Made by a program: the position numbers and the translations under genes. Positions 54,366 to 64,000 of a stretch of 64,000 nucleotides of DNA are shown piece after piece. The notes beneath the pieces are model-generated. The model was not told the origin of the DNA. It saw nothing but the letters and a program-made list of their open reading frames with translations, and ran no database searches. The DNA is from Eledone cirrhosa (Eukaryota), in the NCBI GenBank assembly GCA_964016885.1, contig OZ024745.1, forward strand, positions 88,164,001 through 88,228,000. Reading direction: 5' to 3'. Numbering within the stretch: the first letter of the stretch is position 1; every line of letters begins with the position of its first letter.

Positions 54366-55072
54366 AGATTTGAATGGATACAGTTTAGTTGAAAGGAATT
54401 TATTGACACCTGTTTCTATAACAGTTACATAACCTAAAACAGCTATCTACAAACTTTTAGTTATGCAGACATTCAATATTTCAATGTTATTATTTACTGT
54501 CATTTCATCAGAATAATATTACTGAGGACCTATTTAGTTTTTATCGAGAATATTAGGAGGGAGGGGTGAAGTTGTTAGAAGAATAGTTGAAGGAGTGGTT
54601 TTTCGATAGCAGTGAGAATTCTTGGTGGCAGTGAGTAATTAGATTCCCATCTGTTGTTTTGACATTTTTTATAGAATATATTATTGGTTATTTTTCTAAA
54701 TCTATAGAAGGATTAGAGATAGTAAAGATATGCGTGGTTGGTTTTGTGTTTGCACTTAATTAACATTCAGACTTAAATTTTTCTTTCAAGTGTACGTATC
54801 CTTTCACCCACGCATTCACACACAAATATATTTGCACACCTCTACAAAATACATATACTCACAATTCACATATTCATACTTACATATATATACACATGCA
54901 TACACATATATATACACACATGTATTCATGTACATACATACGCGCTCATGTGTATACATTTTCATACTCAACTTATCTTTATATACACACGTATAGACAC
55001 ACACATATATACATACATACTCTAGTCCATGTGTACACACATACACATACATACACATCTATATACACATAT

Positions 55073-55139
<67 letters not shown>

Positions 55140-55406
55140 CACTTTAATACATGAATACACTTACATCTAACTATACACATCAAACATATATATATATTTA
55201 CTTATTTATATACATTTTCACATATATATACATACTTATGGACGTTTTTAGACACATTCATTATCGCATATTTGCACCTATTCTCATCAGCATATCTTTC
55301 CATTATTAGTGTGGTAATTTAAGGTTATTAATATATGTTGAGAAGACATTGTTTTTATATTATTCTAACTAGATTAAGGTTTATATAGTTGGGGGATGTC
55401 CCTCTT

Positions 55407-55655
55407 TTATGTAATATTCGGCTTGTAGTGGGAAAAAAGGGTTTTAGTTCTGTGACGGCAGAATAATGTTCGTTCAATTCTGTTATTCAGCAGTTTCTTC
55501 TTGTGTGTGATTATGTAATAAATCTCAAGATTACACAATTTGCAGAAATTTTGGCTCCTGGAAAAGCTTTGGGTTTTAGCTAATTTCTCCCATTTTAGGG
55601 TAAACTTTTGGTCGCTATCCCTGAGCGTCCAAGCTTTTTCTGCTAAAGTTGTTAC

Positions 55656-55687
<32 letters not shown>

Positions 55688-55775
55688 ACACACATATATG
55701 CGTGTGTGTGTATATATATCCCAGGTATCGAGTACTCTGTTGAATAATGGTCTAACTAGTTTTATCTGGTTCTGA
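55407..55775 (-). mobile_element. Penelope-like GIY-YIG C-terminal fragments
   Basis: TTLAEKAWTLRD...KWEKL...CKLCNLEIYYI...LLNNRIERTLFCRHR. Confidence 0.72.
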
Positions 55776-55917
55776 TACATATATATATATACATACACAC
55801 ACACACACACGTATATATATATATATAGAGGGAGAGAGAGAGAGAGCGAGAATAAGAGAGAAATACATAGACACATGGATACATGTTTACATAACAGACA
55901 TACACACACACAAACAG

Positions 55918-56002
<85 letters not shown>

Positions 56003-56331
56003 CGCGTAACTTGTAAATATATTAAAATCTAGAGAAACTGACAGGTAATATAAAGGAGGGAAGTAAATGTAGGATAGAAACAGTCAGAAAGACAAAAGTG
56101 AAAGAAAGAAAGAGTGAGAGAGAGAGAAAGCGAGAGAGGGAGGGAGAGAGAACCGAAGAACATGCAATTTAGTGAGAATAGGTAATTTAAGAGTTTGGTT
56201 ATGAAAAAGAAGCAGTCACATCACACGCAGTGAACTCTAGGAAAATAACAGAAAATAATAATGAAAAAATGAGTAAAGACATGTTAATGATAGAAGCATT
56301 AGGGAAAAAAAATGATAAATGGATTGGGGAA

Positions 56332-56960
56332 AGCGATGTGTAGATGTTTAGATAGAACGATAGCTATGTAGGTATAGAGATGTGTAGGTGTATAGATAGA
56401 ATCATAGCTACGTACGTATAGAGATGTGTAGGTGTTTAGATACAACCATAGCTATGTAGTATAGCGAGATGTGTAAGATGTTTAGATGGATTCATAGCTA
56501 TACTATGTATGTATAGAGATATGTAGATGTTTAGATAGAACCATAGCTATGTAATATAGCGAGATGTGTAGATGTTTAGATAGAACCATAGCTATGTAGT
56601 ATAGCGAGATGTGTAGATGTTTAGATAGAAGCGTACCTATGTAATATAGCGAGATGTGTAGATGTTTAGATAGAAGCGTAGCTATGTAGTATAGCGAGAT
56701 GTGTAGCCGTTTAGATAGAACCATAGCTATGCAGTATAGCGAGATGTGTAGATGTTTAGATAGAAGCGTAGCTATGTAGTATAGCGAAATGTGTAGATGT
56801 TTAGATAGAAGCGTAGCTATGTGGTATAGCGAGATGTGTAGATGTTTAGATAGAACCATAACTATGCAGTATAGCGAGATGTGTAGATGTTTAGATAGAA
56901 GCGTAGCTATGCAGTGTAGCGAGATGTGTAGATGTTTAGATAGCTCTGCTATGTACGTAT
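56332..56960 (+). repeat. 45-bp minisatellite, about 14 copies
   Basis: Unit TAGCGAGATGTGTAGATGTTTAGATAGAA(CCA/GCG)TAGCTATGTAGTA. Gives the 15-aa periodicity of ORF 56503-57126. Confidence 0.92.
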
Positions 56961-57615
56961 AGAAAGATATAAAGATATGCAGTTTGTAGAAGAATGTTTG
57001 TAGAAATGTTGAGTTAAAGAAGGGAGATACACTGACATTTATGAAATATATAGACATATATAGATTTAGGAACAAGGCCAATAATATTTTGGGAAGGGAA
57101 AGTCGATTAAATTGACCCCAGTGCATTACTGGTGCTTTATTTTATCGAACCCGTAAGGATGAATGGCATAGCTAACCTTGACTGGATTTGAACTCAGATT
57201 GAGATACAGAAAAGTAGCAAGAGAAATAGAAATTGAGACATAAATTCTGTTGATGTATGTGATTATGTATGTGTTTATATATGTGTGTGTGTTTGTGTGT
57301 GTGTTTATGAGTATGTTTATGAGTATGTTTATCAGCGTGTTTATGTGTATGTTTATGTGTGTGTGTTTGTGTATGTGGTTGTGTATGTGGTTATGCGTGT
57401 GTTTGAGAGTGTGTGTGTGTGCATTTGAGTGTTTGTTTTTGCGTGTGCGTTTGAGTGTGTGTGTGTGTGTGTGTGTGAGTGTGTGATAGTGGGAGAAAGA
57501 CAGCGAGAAATATTTGAAAACAGGTAGAATGAGTTTGGAAAAAAGGGACGTTAAATTATTTAAGAATAAGAATAAGGGAGAAAGAGAGAGAGTAAGAGAG
57601 AGAGAGACAGAAAGG

Positions 57616-57671
<56 letters not shown>

Positions 57672-57871
57672 TAGAGAGAGTGAGAGAGAGAGATAGAAAG
57701 GGGCGGCAGAATAGAAGCTTTTGAGAAAAGATGAAACATATCGAGTTATATATCACATCATCTATACATACATACATACATACATACATACATACATACA
57801 TAAATACATACATAAATACATGCATACATACATACATACATACATACATACATACATACATACATACATAC

Positions 57872-58012
57872 ATGGCTGCGATAGCTGGTACCTTCAGAAT
57901 TTGCAAAACATTCTTGCGATTCAAGGGATGACAATTTCTTTTCTTTTACAACCTTGCCACCAGGTAGGTGGCCGGTCAAAAAAATATATCCGAAATTAAG
58001 AGAAAGAGATAA
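57872..58012 (+). mobile_element. Short 3' fragment of R4-clade family C in (CATA)n
   Basis: Matches 59436-59573, with (CATA)n on both sides. Confidence 0.88.
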
Positions 58013-58068
58013 TAACATACATACATACATACATACATACATACATACATACATACATACATACATAC

Positions 58069-59573
58069 AAATTTGGTGAGTCCAAGTGTGCATATTTGGC
58101 AGTAAAACGTGGAAGAGCTGTGCCCTCCTCTAGAAATGTAGAGATGAACTGCCTGACAATACAACCTCTACAGTCAGGTGACAACTACAGATATCTTGGA
58201 CAGGATGAGAATGTCAGATATGATGGACCCATAAATAAGGAGAGCACCAGAACTGAATACCTCAGAAGAGTAAAGAAAATATGATCATCAGACTGTCAGC
58301 GTACAACAAATACATTGCCCACAATACTTATGCTGTGCCAATTCTAAGGCCAACATTTGGTCTGCTGAACTGGTCATTGCAAGAACTAAGTGAGATGGAT
58401 GTTAGAACTCGCAAACAACTCAGTGTTACTGGGAACTTTAACATCAATGGTGATGTGGTTAGGCTACACTTCTCACGCAAGGAAGGTGGCTGGGGTCTAA
58501 AATCCATATTAACATCATATGAGACCCGGATAGTAACACTGAAGCAACATCTTCAACAGAGGAAAAAGGTTGGCAACCATCTTGCCCAGGTTTATGAGCA
58601 TGAAAAGAAATATATCATTAGAATAGCCACTGATCTGGAGGAGAGATATGGAATAAAGCGTGATATAAATCTCTCACACAGAGAAATCGGAATATCCTAT
58701 TCATTGTTCAAACAAGATGAAAAAATTGACCAATTTACAGAAAAAGTTGTGCATGGATACTTAAGACGTAAAACACAGACCATAGAGGGGATAAACCACT
58801 CAAAAAGGCTGGCATGGAGTTCCGAAAAGTTTATGACATCACACCTCTATGCAATACAGGAACAAGAACTCCCTACCAAATATCTGCTGCACAAAAGGGG
58901 AGGGCCATCAGCTGACAATAAATGTTGGCTATGTAAAACAATGATCGAGGATGTAAGCCACATTGTTTTCAGCTGCGAAAGAATGTCATCTCGCTACTAC
59001 CTCCCCATGAGACACGATGGGATAGCTAGAACCATCTGGAACGCACTTCGGAAAACAACATTAACAACAAACGAGGAAGAATATATTGAGACAGATGGCA
59101 CTAAGGAATACTGGTGGAACCTGAAAATAAAAACTGCCACCAAATTAAAGCACAACAGGCCTGATAATGTTGTTTGGGACCACACATTGAAAACGTGTTC
59201 TGTTGTGGAGATCAGCTGCCCGTTTGATGTAAACGTTGTCAGAAAAATATAGGAGAAGGAGGACATCTAAGGACCATTGATGAGGGGTTTACAAATCCAG
59301 TATCCAATATATACCTTTAGCTTCATACCCACCATTATTGGAGCTACGGGTTATATACCATCCCGCTTGGACCAAAGTATGACTGAACTTGGATTTACAG
59401 ACAAAGAGCGCAGCTCCCTAATTCATAGTCTACAAATGGCTGCGATAGCTGGCACCTTCAAAATTTGCAAAACATTCTTGGGATTCAAGGGGTGACAATT
59501 TCTTTTCTTTTACAACCTTGCCACAGGAAGGTGGTCGGTCAAAAAAATATACTCGAAATTAAGAGAAAGAGAT
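58069..59573 (+). mobile_element. 5'-truncated R4/Dong-like RLE retrotransposon, family C
   Basis: YRYLGQDE, RKEGGWGL, CWLCKTMIEDVSHIVFSC, RHD, NRPDNVVWD...EISCPFD, IPTIIGATG. Stops and frameshifts present. (CATA)n on both sides. Confidence 0.9.
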
Positions 59574-59576
59574 AAC

Positions 59577-59610
<34 letters not shown>

Positions 59611-59674
59611 TGAAAATTTTAGTAAGTAAGTTAATTTTTGAAATTTTTTTTAAAGTTTCTTATTTTACGTCTTT

Positions 59675-59755
<81 letters not shown>

Positions 59756-60663
59756 TATATAAATGTAAGTATATATACGTACATACATATATGTATACAG
59801 ACGTACAGTAGTATGTATATATATACATACATGCACACATATATATATATGTACGTATGGGGTTACCGAACATTTATTATAATGTTAGGTTTGTTTGTAA
59901 CCAAACAGCCCGAATTAAGCCGTACAGTGTTCGGCAACAATCGTCTACCTTTTGTTCAACACTGACAAAGGAACGATGAACTAGTTTCAAGCTTATTAGC
60001 TATCGTCAGCATCGTATACTTTCCTGTCAGATGATTGAACGTTTGAATGTATATACTTTCCTTATGCATATTAACGGAATGAGCAGCCTAATTTGCATAT
60101 CAAGTGAGTTAGTCGGCCGGGCGTACCGAAAACGATAAATAGAAAAGAATGAAATGAAATTTCATTTCTCACTCATAGTACGGCTGATACTTAAATGTAT
60201 ACGTATATACATGCGGCTGATACATATATGTATACGTATATACATATATGTATACAGACGTACAGTCGTATGTATATATATATACATACATGCATACATA
60301 TATAAAAGTACGTATGGATTTACCAAACATTTATTATAATGTTCGGTTTGTTTGTAAACAAACAGCCAGAATTAAGCCTTACAGTGTTCGGCAACCATCA
60401 TCACCCTTTTGTTCAACAATGACAAAGGAACGATGAACTAGTTTCAAGCTTATTATCTATCGTCAGTATTTTATACCTTCCTTTCAGATGATTGAACGTC
60501 TGAAAATATATACTTTCCTTATGCATATTAACGGCTGAGCAGACTAATTTTCATATCAAGTGAGTTAGTACGTCTGTATATATATATATGTACGAATACA
60601 TACTTACATTTAAGTATCAGCCGTACTAAGAGTGAGAAATGAAATTTCATTTAATTCTTTTCC

Positions 60664-60717
<54 letters not shown>

Positions 60718-60769
60718 GAAAAGTATAGAAATTATTCTAGCAAGAAGCCAACAGTATTCCATAATATAT

Positions 60770-63221
60770 AGGTGACTATAGCGTCAAAATGGAAAAAAAG
60801 AAATATATATATATATATAAGTGGTAACACAACAGTTAGTTCACACTACCGAGAACAATTGTTTCACCTTAGCGGAACCTCAGCTCGTAATGGTCATGGT
60901 TATACGGAACAAGAAGGAAAACCGTATGAACGCGCATGCGCAGAAACGGTCGATTCACCCAGGTAATTCAAAACTGCGGGCGAGAGGTATGAAGCAGATA
61001 ACTGCGAAAGTCCGAAAGGTTCTAGTTGATGAGAAAATTACAATGTTGTTGTTATTCAATCCGGAGCGTTGTAGTTATGCAACAGGTGTTTCCAGACATG
61101 GGGACAAACGCGTGAAGATTTCAATTCTTGAGTTTAGGCAATCGCTATTGCGTAATCTCTTTAGAATATTTATTCGTTCATCAAGATGGGTGCCCCTTGC
61201 GTATGGCTTAGACTTAGTGATGGCTTTCCATTGAAAGGAGTAGTATATACTTGAGTCCTTGAGGGACCATACGTGGCTCGCGAGTATCGTGGATGATCGT
61301 TTGTCCGGGTACCTAAAGGTCGACTGATGGTTCAGGAAGCGTTCCTTAAATCGGCCCTCATGCATACCCACATATGATTTGACCTCCTGTGGTTGATTTG
61401 GTCGGTTAGAAGTGACCACAGCTTCATAAACTACAGCTGGTGTGTTACATTGCTGTTGAAAGGGACAAATTCAGGCTTCGGCAAAAGCAACCTGGTGGGG
61501 TGTTGCTCTTAGGGCTGTTGGTGATGTGGGCCTTCATATTCATAGCGCAGGAGTACCCTAGTTTTACTCTGTATCTGTTAAAGATGGAGCGATATTTGTG
61601 AGCTATGGGAAAGTGTCTATCTAAGATGGCTAAAAAATGTTTTGCGACATTAGTTTTAACGTTGAGTGAGAAGGGAGGAGAGAACCAGATAGTTTGTCTA
61701 TTGTTACGCTTTCTTTTCTTATTGCTGTTGTTGTTAGTGGGAGAGTAACTGATAGGTTGCGAGAAGCCGCTGTTAGCTAACGCCGTGTTATAGTAGGGTG
61801 CCTCTCTGTCAAAGATAGCCTTATTACAGGAGAGGTTAGAGATTCTAGTACTGCTATTATTTACGAAGTTTCTAAAAACAGTGGGAGGGTGGCATGAGTC
61901 CTTGTGAATGTAATTAAGTTCCTCGTTAAGCTTATGGAAGGGTCTGAAGGTATGTCTGCGAAGGTCTAAATTACTGTCTAAGAAATCTACGCTAGAGAGG
62001 TTGGTAGCTACTGTTATCCTAAGTCCTAACTTATTAAAGGTAGAAGTTAGGTCTGTTTTCAACCGGTCGAGGTTGTGACCACTTTTATGGCTCGATAAGG
62101 TCAGGCCCTCGTCGCGGTATGTTCCCGTGTGGAAGTCCGGGAATCTAACACGTAATATGTCTAAAGTCGCATACGTCAGCACTGTCAAACGACCCCATGG
62201 AAACGTCGAATGTTCTGAAGTGGTTGACTTCTTTGCCCAGGCTACTCCGTTGTTGAAGAGGAGGGTTTTCCGGCAGTGAGTGATGATCTCCCTGTCTAAA
62301 CATAGTCAGTAGTGTAAGTGGTAGCAAATATTAACAGGGTCTCTGAGATCCACGGATAAAAATCTACAATTTCGAATTGAGTGAACTTCGCTTTTTGGGG
62401 ATTTGAAGGAGCTAAACCACTTAATGACGGAGTCGTTGTTCTCCCACTGGGACAGGTTAGACTTGGTCCTAATGGTCTTAACTATGTTTTTAAGTATAGC
62501 CTTACTGAATAGTCCAATATCCGTGCATGCCGGGTTTAGTAGGACTAGAAGTAAAGTCTACCTTGTGATTTTCAGGGTCAGGAACGCCTCCCGCTTAGCT
62601 AAGCTTTGTAGCTTCTCTATCTAGCTTAAGGGCGGCGGCAACGTCTTTGGCTTCTGTATTGATATCGTGGTAGGCCATAGAATTAGCCTTCTTATATTTA
62701 GAGGTAATAGCGTTATGGGCCAAGTGGCTGTGAGTAGTGCTGTCGACTTCGTAAACATTATTGGTTTTGTCAGAAAGAACGAAAGTGTTATTGGAAGACC
62801 TAAATTTCTTAATATCATTTCTAAGTTTAGTTTGAAAAGTGTTAGGGTGTTTGCGAAAGGAAATGTTAGCGACTAACTCAAGAAGGCCCGCTTCAGATGG
62901 AGCGATTTCAGTTACCTTAGAGGGTAGGCTCTCTATTTCAGGTTGAAGCTGTTACTGGTGCCTGTAATTTTGCCGTCAGAAGCTAGGGCTCGCCATCTTA
63001 AGCGTCAGACGACATCTTCCGCTTTTTGTAGGAGAAGCTTTTGGTAAATATGGTTGGAGGGAGTTGGAATATCCATTATACGAACTAGATTACTCCCTGA
63101 AGAATAATCCCACTCCCCCAACCATGTTTACCAAAAGATAATCCTACAAAAATAGGAGGATGTTGTCAGACGCTTAAGATGTCGAGCCCTAGCTTTTGAC
63201 GGCAAAATTACATGCACCAGT
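60770..63221 (-). mobile_element. Nearly full-length decayed Penelope-like element with inverted duplication of its 5' end (63110-63221)
   Basis: N-terminal NIPTPSNHIYQKLLLQKAEDVV*RLRWRA. RT FDVSMGSFD, YRDEGL, FLD. WFSPPFS. GIY-YIG SYVGMHEGRFKER. Decayed hammerhead at 60845-60891 in the 3' region. Confidence 0.88.
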
Positions 63222-63486
63222 ATGTGTGTGTGTGTGTGTAGGAAGATGATTCTATTAGTAGAAATGGGGGCGGGAGTTTAGTGTGTATCGGTGTGTGGGA
63301 GAATGGTTAGCATTTTAAGATGGAGAGAATATATTTGTGTGTGTGTGTGTAGAAAAATGATTCCGTTAGTAGAAATGGGGAGTAGTTATGTGTGGGTGGG
63401 GGGCATGGTTAGCATGTTAAGGTGTTAGAATATTAACGTATTAAGGTTTATTTAGCTCTGGTCTTTATTTTCGAATATAGGTGTTA

Positions 63487-63517
<31 letters not shown>

Positions 63518-63589
63518 CTGTTTGGATGGTTGGCATATTATGGTTTATATTAAACTATATTTAATGCTGGTCTATATTTTTGAATAAAC

Positions 63590-64000
63590 ATACTTTCCTT
63601 ATTTATTCGTATTTGTTCTGTTGTATTGTCAGCGCAAAGATAAAATGGGAAGACTTGGAATTTGGGTGTCTTATCACTTGCGCATATGTCTAGATGTGCA
63701 CTGAGTGATATATGTCTTGTGGTAGGGTCTGTCTTGTCATTCTGTTTCTGAGTGTGAGTTTAGTTTGTCCTATATAATCTTCATTGCATCCTTTACATTT
63801 AATGGCATAAAATCAATTAGGTTCCACAATTAGAGCGACCATATTTTTTGACAGTTGGTTGTGTGTTTGTGGTAGGCAATTTGGCATTGGTGACTAATGT
63901 TTTTAGTGATTTCGGTTGTCTTTTGCTTTTGATTATTTTGTGTGTTTCAAGGGCTTTTTTCATTCTTGGGTCTTGTTTCAATAGTGGGATGTTCTTGTGA
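63590..64000 (-). mobile_element. Penelope-like (Neptune-like) linker + GIY-YIG fragment, runs off the window
   Basis: Minus-strand LKQDPRMKKALETHKIIKSKRQPKSLKTLV, CNEDYIGQTKLTLRNRM, AHLDICASDKTPKFQVFPFY. Confidence 0.7.

Noticed and set aside
56332-57126. 207-aa repeat protein or CRISPR-like array
   Set aside because: Contiguous 45-bp minisatellite with no unique spacers and no cas genes, in a eukaryotic context.

Overview
AT-rich, microsatellite-dense eukaryotic DNA with no convincing host gene. An octopod cephalopod origin is inferred from the Nin-domain tRNA-derived SINE family and the Dong/R4, Penelope and Tx1 mix. The window is almost entirely transposon debris: a decayed Tx1/L1-type LINE, three families of R4/Dong (RLE) LINEs, two Naiad-type and several other Penelope-like (RT + GIY-YIG) fragments, a Tc1/mariner, a probable non-autonomous Helitron, an RTE 3' end, SINEs, a 494-bp tandem array and a 45-bp minisatellite. 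The most interesting layer is RNA structure. By eye I find more than 15 type-I hammerhead ribozyme motifs from at least 7 sequence families, including U3-A8 core variants, compensatory stem changes and one fully canonical monomeric hammerhead at about 33.2 kb. Most sit in short, ORF-less, asymmetric fold-back elements inserted in (TA)n. Other notable signals are a pseudoknot candidate at the 5' end of a Dong element, an R4-clade family tied to (CATA)n rather than (TAA)n, and a 3' tail shared between the SINE and the Tx1 LINE. All structures were folded by eye, boundaries are approximate, and no searches were run.
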